From positions 3,316 through 67,315 of the forward strand of contig MJAN01000004.1 of the NCBI GenBank assembly GCA_001875255.1: a DNA stretch of 64,000 nucleotides. The letters run 5' to 3'. Below the pieces are notes generated by a model. The model did no database searches. It was not told the DNA's origin and saw only the letters and a program-made list of their open reading frames with translations. The position numbers and the translations under genes are program-made. Position 1 is the first letter of the stretch, and the number at the start of each line of letters is the position of its first letter. The stretch is from Candidatus Sabulitectum silens (GTDB lineage Bacteria; Fermentibacterota; Fermentibacteria; Fermentibacterales; JCC-6). Below are positions 44,576-56,440 of this stretch, piece by piece.

Positions 44576-46813
44576 CTACTCTATGTCGAATCGGACCTGC
44601 ACCTGCGTGGTGATCTCAACGGGTTCCCCACCCTGTGTAGCGGGGTTGAACACCCACTGACGCACAGCCGCTTCCGCGGCGGCTCCGCAGCCCAGTCCGA
44701 GTTCGTCGTTCACTATCGTTACATCCCTTACGGAGCCATCGGTACCCACCAGGACCTCCAGTGTGACGTATCCGTGAACATCGCCCATGTCCCTGGCCAG
44801 GCCGGGGGTTTCGGGGCCCACCTGTGATATGGGGAAGGGGGGTATTACAGGCTGTTCCTCTTCGATGATCTCGGGGCCTTCCGGTTCGGCGGCCTCGGCG
44901 GTGTACCTTATGCTGGTGTCTTCCCCCTGTGTGATCTCCACGGTGATGGTCTGGTCTTCATAGTCGGGGTTAGTGAGAAGAACTGTATGGGTACCCTCTT
45001 CGAGCTCAACCGGAGCCATGGGGGTCTGGCCGTAGGAAACGCCGTCGATGGTAACGTTCGCCCATGGTTCCGGGGCTATGAGCAGCCTTCCGGTGGTAAC
45101 TATCTCCTCGGGGACCACCGTGGCGCTGTAGCCGCCCTCGCCCAGGGTGATGTTCCTTGTCCAGGTTTCATAGTTCTCCACATCGACGGTGAGGGTATAT
45201 GTTCCGTAGGGAAGGACTTCGCTGATCCGGCGAACACCGGTGCCCACCCTTTCACCGTTTATGGTGAAGTTGCCCCCTCCGGGGATGTCTCCCCCCAGGG
45301 CAAGGGTGACCTGGGATTCCGTCTGGGAAAGCAGGGCAAGGGAAAGCTGCTGTGCCCCGGCGCTTTTGTCCACGAGGATGGATTCAGGCACGGAGTTGTA
45401 GCCCTCGAGAACCGCCTGGAACACATGCATTCCCGTTGGCAGTTCGATCTGGGAATCGACCTCTTCGCCGTCGAGGAGCCAGGTTACCGCTCCCTCTTCC
45501 GGTTCAGGAACGCCATCGGGCATGTTGGGTGTAAGATTAACCTGGACCGTGGTGGTACCCAGGGTGTCCAGGGCGATGGTCATGGTGTCGGACTGGCCGC
45601 TTCCGAAGGTGGCCTGTTCTGTGTAGGTCTCGTATCCGGAGGCCCTTACTTCGATGAGCCTGGCTGCCTCGGTGCTGCCCTCGACGGCGAAGGAGCCGTC
45701 GGGAAGCTGGGAGACCGGTTCGCCATCGACGGTTACGGTGTAATTTTCGGGACCCTGGACGGAAAAGGCCACGGAATAGGGTTCAAAGACATCTTCAACA
45801 CCGGGGCCGTCGGCGGGTTCTTCACCGGGGCCGAAGGGTTTGATGAAAACGAACACCACCACCAGTGCCAGGACCAGAAGAACGGCGATGATGGGCAGAA
45901 GCATGGATTTCTTCTTCTCTTCCTTCTTCTCTTCCTTCTTTTCCGGTTTCTTTCCCGGCTTCTTCCCGGCGGTCACTGGAACCGCAGCGGCCTTCTTCTC
46001 TCCGGTGAGGTCTTCAAGCCTTGTTACCAGTTCCTTTATGGTTCCGTTGCCGGGATGGTTCTTCTGGGCCTTCCTTGCATCGGTGAGGGCCCCGGCGTAG
46101 TCGCTTCTTGATATTTTCGCCCTGATGGCGTTGATGGCGGCTTCCTCGGGAGAGGTTTTCTTCTTCCTCGGCTCCTCCCCGGGTTCCTCGGGGACCGGTT
46201 CCACCTCCAGGCTCTCGTCGAGTTCGAACTCGTCGAGGTCCTCTATTTCCTCCACCTCTTCCGGGGCAGCGGAGGGGGTGTAGGCCTCTATCTCGTCAAG
46301 GAGTTTGCCAAGGAGAGGGGCACCGGGCCATTCGTTGAAAATGGTCCTGGCATTCTTTACGGCGGTTTTCGGATCGTTGTCGCGGAGCTTCGCAAGGGCA
46401 AGGTCGTAGAGATTGTCGGTCTTTATCTGACGCCGGACGGTGAGTATCTTCTTCCTGACCACCTTGTTGTCCGGGTCGTGGCGTTTTGCCCTTTCCAGTT
46501 CCTGGAGCCCCCTTACCTCGTCGCCCTGCTGAAATGCCTCTTCGGACCTGGCTATGCATTCGGCGACAAAGTCGTCGGAGCTTACGGATTTGCCGGTCTT
46601 GTGTGTTCTGGTGTCACGGGTCTTCCTGAAGTTACGCATTGCGGAAACTTCCCTTTCGAGCTCCTGAATGCGTTTCTTAACGGATCTGTTATCGGGATCG
46701 ATGTCCAGAACCTTGTGGAATTCGGTGAGGGCCTTCTGCCTCTCGCCCCTGCCGGCAAGTTCCTCGGCTGACTTGATGAGCTTCTGAACCCTTGCATTGC
46801 TGCTTGCTGCCAT
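44576..46813 (-). CDS. TPR + TM + PEGA repeats + TonB C-terminal domain protein
   Basis: N-terminal TPRs, Lys/Glu-rich linker, TM helix (MLLPIIAVLLVLALVVVFVFI), PEGA (PWANVTIDG...GQTP), TonB_C (GYVTLEVLVGTDGSV...AVRQWVFNPA...G.PV). Confidence 0.8.
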   Translation of the reverse strand: MAASSNARVQKLIKSAEELAGRGERQKALTEFHKVLDIDPDNRSVKKRIQELEREVSAMRNFRKTRDTRTHKTGKSVSSDDFVAECIARSEEAFQQGDEVRGLQELERAKRHDPDNKVVRKKILTVRRQIKTDNLYDLALAKLRDNDPKTAVKNARTIFNEWPGAPLLGKLLDEIEAYTPSAAPEEVEEIEDLDEFELDESLEVEPVPEEPGEEPRKKKTSPEEAAINAIRAKISRSDYAGALTDARKAQKNHPGNGTIKELVTRLEDLTGEKKAAAVPVTAGKKPGKKPEKKEEKKEEKKKSMLLPIIAVLLVLALVVVFVFIKPFGPGEEPADGPGVEDVFEPYSVAFSVQGPENYTVTVDGEPVSQLPDGSFAVEGSTEAARLIEVRASGYETYTEQATFGSGQSDTMTIALDTLGTTTVQVNLTPNMPDGVPEPEEGAVTWLLDGEEVDSQIELPTGMHVFQAVLEGYNSVPESILVDKSAGAQQLSLALLSQTESQVTLALGGDIPGGGNFTINGERVGTGVRRISEVLPYGTYTLTVDVENYETWTRNITLGEGGYSATVVPEEIVTTGRLLIAPEPWANVTIDGVSYGQTPMAPVELEEGTHTVLLTNPDYEDQTITVEITQGEDTSIRYTAEAAEPEGPEIIEEEQPVIPPFPISQVGPETPGLARDMGDVHGYVTLEVLVGTDGSVRDVTIVNDELGLGCGAAAEAAVRQWVFNPATQGGEPVEITTQVQVRFDIE

Positions 46814-46879
46814 ATCCCCCCCAGTGGCCTTTCAGAACCAGAAAAAAAGATAAAAACGACTGGTCTATTGTATCTGATA

Positions 46880-46907
46880 AAAGTATTCTTATTGGGAGCG
46901 GTGTCAA
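46880..46907 (-). promoter_or_regulatory. Candidate sigma70 promoter for the TonB-like/hsp20/lon operon
   Basis: Minus strand TTGACA-N16-TACTTT in an AT-rich gap. Confidence 0.45.
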
Positions 46908-46915
46908 GCCCCTGT

Positions 46916-48951
46916 TCACACGCCGGGAAGCTCGATGCCGCCGTACCTCCACATCTGACTGCCGATTATACTGTGAACCCGGGTTAAGGGCATAGGTTCC
47001 AACTTATTAACCAATCTCACAAGATCGCCGTCGGTGCCCAGGTCCGCCACCCTGAACTCCGGAATTCCATGCTGTGCCGTTCCCAGCACCTGGCCGGGTC
47101 CCCTTGCCCTGAGGTCTTTTCCGCAACCACGAACCCGTCGTTGGTTCCTGCCAGAACACCGAGCCTTTCCAGTGAATCCCCCCGGGCATTGTCTCCGGGG
47201 ATAAGGAAACACCAGGAGTCCCGCCCCCCCTTCCAACCCGGCCCCGGAGCTGATGGAGCTGGCTGAGTCCGAAGCGCTCGGCATTCACCACCACCATTAT
47301 GGTGGCTTCGGGGACGTCTATGCCAACTTCGATCACAGTGGTGCTCACAAGGACCCCTATCTCTCCTCTGCTGAACCTGTTCGTAACGTCGACCTTTTCC
47401 GCCGGGGGCATGGTTCCGTGGAGCAGCCCGGCGCCGAACCTGGCCAGGGGGCCGGACATCGCTATCTCATAGGCTGTGGCGGCATCCCTGAGGTCGCTTT
47501 TTTCCGAAACCTCCTTAAGGGGTATACCAGGAACACCCGTTCATCCTTCTCCAGCCTCTCCAGCATGAACTGAAAGACAGTTGCCTTCTCCCCCGGGTTC
47601 ACTATCCTGGTACTCACCGTACCTCGCCCCGGGGGCATGGAATCAAGTACCGACACGTCCAGGTCGCCATAAAAGGTCATCGCCAGGGTCCTGGGAATGG
47701 GGGTTGCGGACATTACCAGGGCGTGGGGTCTGGGTTTCACCCTTCCCAGCAGCCTGTCCCTCTGGGCCACTCCGAACCGGTGCTGCTCGTCTATGACAAG
47801 AAAGCCAAGTGAATCCAGGGGCACCCAGTCCTCCAGAATGGCATGGGTCCCCACCAGCACCGTGGAAGGGTTCGAGACAAGCCTTGAACCGAGTTCCCTC
47901 CTGGCCGAAGCCGATGTGCCCCCTGTGAGCATTTCAACCTGAACGCCGAAGGGGCCGCAGAAACCGGAAAGACTGTTGAAATGCTGATTCGCCAGGACCT
48001 CGGTTGGAGCAAGGACCGCCGCGGTCATTCCCGAAAGCGCCGCGGAAACGCAGCCATAGGCCGCCACCACGGTTTTCCCTGAACCCACATCCCCCTGAAG
48101 AAGGCGCCGCATGGGCTTTCCCCCCCGGAAGTCCTCACGGAGTTCCCCGCACACCCGCTCCTGGGCATCGGTGAGGGCCCAGGGCAGCCCCTCCTCAAAA
48201 GCAGAGACCTCCAGCCCGGAAAGGACCTTTCCCTCCTGGGAGGTTCCCCTTGCCCGTACCGCCTGCAGAATGGACCGGTGAAGATAGAGTTCCTCCATTG
48301 CCACCAGCCTTCTGGCCATGGCGGCCTCATCCGGGGACTCCGGCAGGTGGGCCGCCCTGAACATCTCCCAACGGGTGGAGAAACCCTGCTCAGCCAGGAA
48401 CTCAGAAGGTAGTATATCCACCAGTGAACCCCTCACCGCGTCGAGGACCGACCGGGCAAGCCTGCGCATCACCGACTGGTTCAGCCCGGCGGTGAGTCCG
48501 TAGACCGGAAGCATCCCTGGAAGGTCCGCCGCCCCTGCACTCTCACCGCTGAAGTAAAGCTCCGGATGAACTATGTTGAGTCCCCTGAATGCCTCCACCG
48601 TACCGCATGCCACCACATTCATCCCCTCCCTGAGGCTGGAGGCGGGGAACCCTCCGCGGAAAAAGGTGAGGGTGATGCTTCCGGTGTTATCCGAAAGGAC
48701 CGCGGTAATGGCGGGACCCCTGCCCCTTTCCGTCTGGAAACGGAGACTATTCGCCCGGAAACCACCCCTTCGCTGCCCATCCTGAGCCCCGCCACCGGAG
48801 TAACCGTCCTTCTGTCGAGAAAGCGCCTGGGAAGATAGAGCAGCATGTCTCCCAGGGTATTTATGGAAAGCCTTCCCAGAAGCTCTTTCCGGGCCTTTCC
48901 AACACCCTTGATTAAATCTATATTCCGGTCCGTTTCCAGTGTTCTCTCCAA
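46916..48951 (-). CDS. recG: ATP-dependent DNA helicase RecG (several frameshifts)
   Basis: [89 protein letters not shown]. Confidence 0.95.
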
Positions 48952-49024
48952 TCAGGGGTTGACGATGGCTTCGTATATGTATAATTCACGGCGATACTGT
49001 TAAGCCACTCCACGGAGGTAAACT

Positions 49025-49543
49025 GTGATGAGCGACCTGAAGTCCGCACGGATCGATCTTGAACGCAAGGTCAGGAAAGACCCCGAGGACATTGACGCAA
49101 GGCTTTCACTGGCAAAGATCCAGATGGAAGACAAAGACCCCACCACGGCCATCCCCCTCTACACAGAGATACTGAACATCGACCCGGAGAACGCCGAGGC
49201 CTTCATGGGTCTGGGACTCGCCTGGGGAATGTCCATACTGGAGAACATCCCAGCGGCGGAACTCCACGGCGACGAGGTAGATGAAGAGGAACTCCTCAAC
49301 AATGCAATTCAGTTCCTTGAACGGTCCATAGAGCTCGACCCCGAGAACACATCATCCCTGAACGCCCTGGCAAGGCTCTATATAGTCCAGAGCCTTGAAG
49401 AAGAGGCGGTGGAGATGTTCAAGCAGTCCCTCCTCCTCGACCAGGCCCAGCATGATGTCCTCGAGGAGCTTCAGAAACTCACCGGCACCCCGGTCTGGCA
49501 GCTCCTTGAAAAGGATGTGTACATGGGGGAATTCGAGGAATAG
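49025..49543 (+). CDS. Tetratricopeptide repeat protein
   Basis: TPR units (ILNIDPENAEAFMGLG; SIELDPEN.SSLNALA); RBS GGAGG. Confidence 0.8.
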   Translation: MMSDLKSARIDLERKVRKDPEDIDARLSLAKIQMEDKDPTTAIPLYTEILNIDPENAEAFMGLGLAWGMSILENIPAAELHGDEVDEEELLNNAIQFLERSIELDPENTSSLNALARLYIVQSLEEEAVEMFKQSLLLDQAQHDVLEELQKLTGTPVWQLLEKDVYMGEFEE

Positions 49544-49623
49544 AACCGATTTGCTTTCAGTGTGTTATGTTTTTATCTTAAGAGAGGAATATTTGTAACT
49601 CCGTAAGCTCTAGCGAAAGGGCT

Positions 49624-51054
49624 TTGAAGATGAAAACCAACACAGTGATTCTGATCATTGCCATATTTGCCTTTTTGACCCCGGAAGCCTCAGCCCAGTA
49701 CCGCTGGGGGGAAGACCGCCTGATAGCCCACTTCGACAACGGCGTTGCCGTTACCGGCCCGGGCTACTCCAGTTTTCACTGCTTCTACGGAACCGACTCC
49801 GATGTTTTCGTGGGCATAGTAGAAGATTCTACCTCCAATCTCGGGGACAGGTTCATAATACGAAAGTCATTCAACAACGGGCTTTCCTGGACACGCCAGA
49901 ACACGTTCTCCGCCACTACTATCCAGATCTTTTCGCCCTCTTTCTGCATAGCACCCTCGACCGGGAACATCTTCGTTGTCTGTTCCGCTTCCCAGGGCAA
50001 TGAAACCTCTCTCCTTATCGGAAGAGAATACAGCTATGATGCCCTTTTTCTGGTTCAAAATATTGATCTTGAGTTTGAGTACCCCGGAGCCGGTCTCATA
50101 AGATCCTCCTTCGTGGTGGCCAACACAACTTCCGATGAGGTCTGGCTCTTCGTTGAGGACCAGAACGACTGGCTCTATCTAAGCAGGTCCTCAGACCTTT
50201 CCACCTGGACCCCATTCGAACCGGTGGCGGTGAATGTGAGCAGACCCTCCGGCGAGGTCTGCGCCGAAGGGAATGTGGCGGTGACCTGGTCACAGTCCAT
50301 CACCGGGGACATAATGTGCGCCGTGGGCAGCATCGACGGCAGTTTCCAGCCGGCGGTCACCGTTACCACCAACGCCTCCACCATGGCCACGCCCATCCCG
50401 GCCTGGGAGCACCTGGGAGAGTATAATCTGGGTGTGATCTGGCACAGCGACACCGGCAAGTCATACCTCAATCTCTCATCCGACGGCGGAGAGACCTGGG
50501 GTGAAGACCTCTTCGTGGTAAACGGCTACTATCCCTACATCGACCACTTCGCCGGCACCAGAAGGATGGGTGCCTGCGCTGTGAACGAGGCCGGGGATGT
50601 CCTGGTGGCCAACGCCTCGAACCTTTCCGCCCTTCCAATGGCACCCTTCACCGTGCGTTCCGGACACCAGGCAACCATCGACGAACCGGCAAAGGTTGCC
50701 TTCGGCCAGTCATCCTACCAGCTTGCCCTCTTCTACCTCACCCCCACCACCGAGGACTTCTGGTTCAACAGTTCGGTCCTTACCGGCATAGAGGAGGGGG
50801 AGGGCCATTCGGTATCTCCCTCGGTCACCGCCGGCCCCAACCCGTCCGCCGGGTCGTTCTCCGTGAGTGCAGCGGGGTTCTTCGGAAATGCGGTTTACGG
50901 TGTCTATTCCCTTGACGGCCGCCTGATCACCAGCTCCACTTCCGATACCGGGGGGGTCACCATCAACGGCTCACAGCTCCCCGCAGGGGTTTACACCATC
51001 GTGGTTACCGATGAAACCGGGAACACGGCAAGCTGCAGGATGGTCAGGTTCTAG
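49624..51054 (+). CDS. Secreted BNR/Asp-box beta-propeller-like protein with a type-A T9SS C-terminal domain
   Basis: Signal peptide; SFNNGLSW, SSDLSTW, SSDGGETW Asp-boxes; PNPS....YSLDGRLI....LPAGVY.I.V. Confidence 0.75.
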   Translation: MKMKTNTVILIIAIFAFLTPEASAQYRWGEDRLIAHFDNGVAVTGPGYSSFHCFYGTDSDVFVGIVEDSTSNLGDRFIIRKSFNNGLSWTRQNTFSATTIQIFSPSFCIAPSTGNIFVVCSASQGNETSLLIGREYSYDALFLVQNIDLEFEYPGAGLIRSSFVVANTTSDEVWLFVEDQNDWLYLSRSSDLSTWTPFEPVAVNVSRPSGEVCAEGNVAVTWSQSITGDIMCAVGSIDGSFQPAVTVTTNASTMATPIPAWEHLGEYNLGVIWHSDTGKSYLNLSSDGGETWGEDLFVVNGYYPYIDHFAGTRRMGACAVNEAGDVLVANASNLSALPMAPFTVRSGHQATIDEPAKVAFGQSSYQLALFYLTPTTEDFWFNSSVLTGIEEGEGHSVSPSVTAGPNPSAGSFSVSAAGFFGNAVYGVYSLDGRLITSSTSDTGGVTINGSQLPAGVYTIVVTDETGNTASCRMVRF

Positions 51055-51865
51055 AATCTATTTCCGAAGTTAGATAACTGGCCACCGGGCAAAGACCCGG
51101 CATGTTCTCTACGGCGTAGCCTGTAAGGAAGTCTATCTCCGTTGGCCGGTGGTTTTCCAGGTCCTGGAGCATGCTGCACCTGTTAGGGGAGTTCTCCAGA
51201 AGCCAGTGAAGCATTCCTTTTCCCAGTGAAAGGGATTCCTCCGTGGGCATCAGCGGAGCCAGCTCCTGTTCAAGCTCTTCTATGAAATGCCCCATGGGTG
51301 AATCCTCAAGCCTGTTGTTGGGAAGGCCGGTAAGGGCGCCTATGGGGTTGATTATGCTGTTGGCGTACCACTTGGCCCACCGATGGGGAGCGATGTCCTC
51401 TACTCCTATCACACCTGGCAGTGTGTCTTTGAAGAGGTTCCAGGCCATGCCCCCGGTGCGGCAGAAGACCCTTCCCGGTGACACCTCCACCGAATGGTGA
51501 CCGGTTTTCCTGAAGCCGGTGGTGAGTGGGGCATACTCCACTGGAAAGGGGAATGGACCCCACTGGGAGGAAAGCCCCATTCCGTTGGAGAGGCAGATGA
51601 CAGGTGAAGGGATATGAACCGATGCCTCCCTTATATCGTAGGCCTTAAGGGCGGCAATGGTAATATCCACCGGAGGGATATGATCGATGGCCGTGTGAAG
51701 TATCTCTACCGGGTCTTTCCGCCAGTGAGGAACACTGAAACTTCCCATTGTTTCAGTTGTACCAGGGGGTCCGGCAAGGATCACCCGGGACACTTCAGAA
51801 GAAAGGGCGACGGCCACCGCTATTCCCACGGCGCCGTCGCCTGCAACTGCTATGGAATCAGCCAG
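51044..51865 (-). CDS. panE: Ketopantoate reductase family protein
   Basis: IAVAGDGAVG, ALKAYD, LSNGMG, W.KW.AN..INP..ALTG..N, SMLQD....R.TEID...G; start codon uncertain. Confidence 0.8.
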   Translation of the reverse strand: MADSIAVAGDGAVGIAVAVALSSEVSRVILAGPPGTTETMGSFSVPHWRKDPVEILHTAIDHIPPVDITIAALKAYDIREASVHIPSPVICLSNGMGLSSQWGPFPFPVEYAPLTTGFRKTGHHSVEVSPGRVFCRTGGMAWNLFKDTLPGVIGVEDIAPHRWAKWYANSIINPIGALTGLPNNRLEDSPMGHFIEELEQELAPLMPTEESLSLGKGMLHWLLENSPNRCSMLQDLENHRPTEIDFLTGYAVENMPGLCPVASYLTSEIDSRT

Positions 51866-51869
51866 AGAA

Positions 51870-52184
51870 CTACTCGGCCTCGGGTTCCTTTTTGCCTTTG
51901 CCACGGGTCTTTCCGCTGACGGCATCCACTACTTCCTCGACCTTGTGCTTGCCGTCGGAGTAGATCTTTTCGGCCTTGTTCCTGCCTTCGTGGTATACCC
52001 TTTCGGCTTCGGTCATACCCTTCTCGTAGTAATCCTCGCCCTTATGATAGGCGTCTTCCGCGGTTTCCCTGATCTTCTTCCTGGTGTCTTCGCCCTTCGC
52101 CGGGGCGTAAAGAATTGCGGCCACTCCTCCGGCCAGAAGACCTGCCATGAAGGCCCAGAATTCTCCTCTTCCTCTTTCGCTCAT
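51870..52184 (-). CDS. YtxH domain protein
   Basis: F.AGLL.GG..AILYAP.KG.DTR.KI. Confidence 0.85.
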   Translation of the reverse strand: MSERGRGEFWAFMAGLLAGGVAAILYAPAKGEDTRKKIRETAEDAYHKGEDYYEKGMTEAERVYHEGRNKAEKIYSDGKHKVEEVVDAVSGKTRGKGKKEPEAE

Positions 52185-52204
52185 TCTTTCTCCCTTCCGC
52201 GCCG

Positions 52205-55200
52205 CTATCTTCCACAGCAACGCTTGTATTTTTTGCCGCTGCCGCAGGGGCAGGGGTCGTTACGGCCGACCTTTTCCTCGGTGCGGACAACGGTCTGCTG
52301 CTTCCCCTCGGCGTTCCTGCCTGCCCCTGTCCTGTTGTCCCGGGCAGGGGGCATCGTTACGCCGGGGTGCACCGCCTGTCCGGCGGGACCCTGCTGCCTC
52401 TGTATTTTAGAGGCTGGCCATAATGATAGTATCTGCCTTACGGCCTGTTTGTCAATACCATCCAGTAGGTCCTCAAAGAGATTGAAGGCCTCCTTCTTGT
52501 ATTCAACCAGGGGATCCCGCTGGGCATAGGCCCTCAGGCCGATGCCGGACTTCAGGTGGTCCAGGGCGTATAGATGGTCACGCCACTTGCTGTCGATGGA
52601 GCTGAGGACCGACCACTTCTCGAGGTCGGTGAGCATCCGTTCACCAAGCTTCTCCCTCTTCTTGGAATAGTATTCCATGACCATGTCCACGATCCGGGAA
52701 CGGACCGCTTCGGGATCCCTTGAGAAATCCTCAATTCCCTGGAGCCTGAACATCATTCCAGAGAGGTCCCTGAGTATCACCTCGGCGGCGTCGGGGTTCC
52801 ATTCATGGGGTTCGGTGCCGTCGGGGAAGGCTTCCCTCACGGAGTGATCCGCCACGGCTTTGATCATCTCCTCCACCTCATCGGAAAGCCCCTCGCCGGT
52901 CAGGGCCTGGAGCCTTCTGCCGTATATGACCTCCCGCTGGCGGTTGGCCACGTCGTCGTATTCCAGAAGGTGCTTCCTGATCCCGAAGTGATACTGCTCC
53001 ACCCTTTTCTGGGCCTGCTCAATGGATTTCGTCAGCAGGGGATGCTCAATTGGTGCCCCCTCTTTCTCCTGGCTCTTCTTCAGGAAATCAATGATCTTCT
53101 CGCTGGCGAAGAGCCTGAAGAGGTCGTCTTCCAGGGAGAGATAGAAACGGCTTCCGCCTGGGTCCCCCTGCCTTCCGCTGCGGCCCCTGAGCTGCCGGTC
53201 TATCCGCCTGGATTCATGCCGCTCGGTGCCTATGACGAAGAGACCGCCGTCGATCTTTTCCCCCTCGGGGGTGGTGAGCTGCTTCACCTCCGGGGCCAGC
53301 TTGATGTCGGTGCCCCTTCCCGCCATGTTGGTGGCTATGGTAACGGCGCCCTTTCCACCGGCCCTGGCTATTATCTCCGCCTCCTGCTGGTGGTGTTTCG
53401 CGTTCAGCACACTATGAACTATCTTCCTGCGCTTGAGAAGCTTGGAAAGCAGCTCGGAAACCTCCACGGAAACGGTGCCCACCAGAATGGGCTGACCCAT
53501 GGAATGCCTGTAGGCTATCTCGTCTATTATGGCCGCGTACTTTTCCCTCTTGGAGGCGTAAACCCTGTCGTTGTGATCAACCCTGGCCACCGGTCTGTTG
53601 GTGGGAGCCACCGCCACGCTTATCTCGTAGATGCTTCCGAATTCCTCTTCCTCGGTTTCCGCGGTACCGGTCATGCCGGCGAGTTTTTCGTACATTCTGA
53701 AGTAGTTCTGGATGGTTATGGTTGCCAGCGTCTGGGTCTCACTTCTTATTTCAACGTTCTCCTTGGCCTCCAGGCCTCATGGAGGCCGTCGGAGAACCTT
53801 CTGCCGGGCATTGGTCTTCCGGTGAACTGGTCTACTATCACCACCCTGCCCTGGTCCAGCACATACTCCACATCCTTCTCGTAGAGCTGGTAGGCCTTCA
53901 GAAGCTGGTCGATGTTGTGAAGGGCCTCGGCCCTGCTGGTCTGGTTCTCGTATATCTGCTTTCGAAGTTCGAACTTCTCCGCCTCGGGAAGTTCCTTAGC
54001 CTCGAGTTCCGCCATCTCGTCGCCTATGTCACGAAGCAGGAAGAAGTCGGGATCCTCCGGGGAAAGCATTTTTCGGCCCATGTCCGATACGGAAACGGAT
54101 TTTCCCTCTCGTCGATGGCGAAATAGAGCCCTCGTCAAGTTCATGGATGTTCTTCTCCCGGAGCCTCTCCCCCTCGACCCTTTTCACCGCCGCGGCTATG
54201 TCCGGGTCCCGCAGGGCCTTTGTGAGCCTTCGATGCTTCGGGGCGCCCGCCTGGCCTTCAGGTACATCGTTGCGGCACCGTGGGTGTCGCCCTTTTCCCA
54301 CAGCTCGTTGGCGTCGGCCACTATGGTGTTCAGCAGTTCCGACTGCTTCCGCACGAGCCTGGCCACGGTGGACCGGTATTCCAGGTACTGGTTCCTGTTC
54401 CTGGCAACCGGGCCGCTGATTATGAGGGGGGTCCTTGCCTCGTCGATGAGAACGCTGTCGACCTCGTCCACGATTGCGTAGTGGTAACCCCGCTGGACCC
54501 TCTGCTCAAGCCTTACCGCCATGTTGTCCCGGAGGTAGTCGAAACCGAATTCGCTGTTGGTGCCGTAGGTTATGTCGCAGTTGTACTGCTCACGCCTCTG
54601 GTCCGGGGTCATTCCTCCCTGTATGCAGCCAACGGTGAGGCCCAGATACTGGTAGATGGGACCCATCCAGAGGGAGTCCCGGAGGGCAAGGTAGTCGTTC
54701 ACGGTGACAAGATGGGTGCCCCTGCCAACGGGAATACCCTCAAGGGGCTGAAAGACCCAGCCGTCGTAGTCCTCCCCGAACTCCGCCGAGGCAAGTTCCA
54801 CCCATTCAGGATTGAGGCGCAGGGCGTTGAGATACATGGGAAGCACGGCCACAAGGGTTTTCCCCTCACCGGTGGCCATTTCTGTTATCATGCCCCGGTG
54901 GAGGGTGATGGCGCCCTTCAGCTGAACATCGTAGGGGACCATGTTCCACACCTCGGACCTGCCGGTAACGTTCCATTCCCTGCCCAGGTTCCTCCGGCAG
55001 GCCTCCTTCACCACGGCGAAGGCCTCAACCATGATGTCGTCCACGGTTTCCCCCCGGAGCAGCCTTATCCTGAAGTTCTGAGTTCTGCTCTTCAGTTCCT
55101 CTTCAGAGAGTGACTCAAGTAGGGAGAACTCTTCGTTTATCTCCTGGACGAAGGGCTCCAGGCTCTTCATAAGTTTTGCCTGGCTGTCGCCGAGTATCAT

Positions 55201-55227
55201 TTTAACGAATTTACCAAACTTGCCCAT
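52205..55227 (-). CDS. secA: Preprotein translocase SecA (frameshifts near 54245, 54125 and 53775)
   Basis: [93 protein letters not shown]. Confidence 0.97.
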
Positions 55228-55532
55228 CAGGGAAAATCCTCCATGCATATTTCTGCGGCGGCATAACCGCCCAGGAGGGCCCCGGCCATGTCAGCCAGGA
55301 GATCGGAGGCCTGAAAACCCCCTCCCCTCCACTGGTCGTACAGTTCCTTCAAAAACCCCAGGCCTGCGGTGACTCCGGCGGATTCCAGGGGCCTGGATGT
55401 GGCCGCGGTGCCCAGGGAGGCAGCCGAGGCGGAGAAAGCAAAATGGTTCCACCCGTCGGATTGCATCACAGCGCCGCACCCGGAGAGGAACATAACGAAT
55501 AAAACCGGCGCAACGCACAGGGAAAACCTCAA
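55227..55532 (-). CDS. YfiM-like small membrane lipoprotein
   Basis: Lipobox LSGC; D..NHF..SA, G..KE.YD....GF...DL.AD.AG. Confidence 0.7.
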   Translation of the reverse strand: MRFSLCVAPVLFVMFLSGCGAVMQSDGWNHFAFSASAASLGTAATSRPLESAGVTAGLGFLKELYDQWRGGGFQASDLLADMAGALLGGYAAAEICMEDFP

Positions 55533-56440
55533 AACGGCTCTCCGAATCCGCTTGAGACCGAAGTGAACTCATTCATAAGGTCAAGGAGTGAATCGGCCCT
55601 CAGGGCCCAGGAGCTGTCTTCGTTCCATACCGAGGAGGCCTCGATGAGATAGGGAATAGCAAGGGACATTCTGTTCTCCCTGACAAGATCACGACCCCTG
55701 AAGTAAAGCATCCAGCCGAGATCCGCCCCGGTTGAGGGTGTCATTCGCAGGGAGTAGGCATTCCTGGAGGCATCCAGGGCAAGATCGTGGTTCTCCAGGG
55801 CAAGGTATACGGATGCGGCGGTCTGCCAGTAATGGAAGTCTTCCTCCCCCATCGCTGAGAGTTCCTGGAAATGAAGCAGGGCCTCTTCGGTCATCCCCTC
55901 CTCCAGGAGCCTGTCCACCAGTATGCTTCTGTAGAACCCCTCACCGGGCGTCAGTTCAACCGCCCGGGAAATGTAGGGAAGGCCCTTTTCCGGAAAAGTA
56001 TGGAAAGCCAGCACCCGGCATCGGCAGCAACAGCCGAATCACTGTTTTCATAGCTTTCAAGGAGCCACATAACAGACGGTCCCCGGGGTTGGCCCAGCTC
56101 CAGTTCCGCCCTGGCGAGCCGGTATCTGCAAACACCGCCCCCGGCCACCAGCGGCGAGTAGCCGATAACCTCGGAGGGCCTTGAGGCCAGTGCCTTCAGA
56201 AGCTCGGCCAGACAGTTCTCGTTGCCGGGGTCGAGTTCCAGGGCGGCAATGGCATAGGATTCCGCTAAATCGGGCATATGTAGCTGGTTGAAACACCAGG
56301 CCGCCCGGTAGAGGGGAAACCAGTCGAGGGGCCTGGACCGGGAACGCCGGACATAATGATCAAGGGCGGCGGTTACATCGCCGCTGTCAAGGGGCGACCC
56401 GCCGGTGGAAAGGAACAGTAGCAGAAGCAGAAGAGCCGTC
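55529..56440 (-). CDS. TPR-containing exported protein (frameshifted)
   Basis: TPR-like fragments 55529..56014 and 55951..56277 plus a hydrophobic signal-like stretch near 56410-56440; start unclear. Confidence 0.55.

Noticed and set aside
45890-46270. Low-complexity purine/pyrimidine-skewed repeat-like stretch
   Set aside because: Encodes the Lys/Glu/Pro-rich linker of the TPR-PEGA-TonB protein; not an independent DNA repeat
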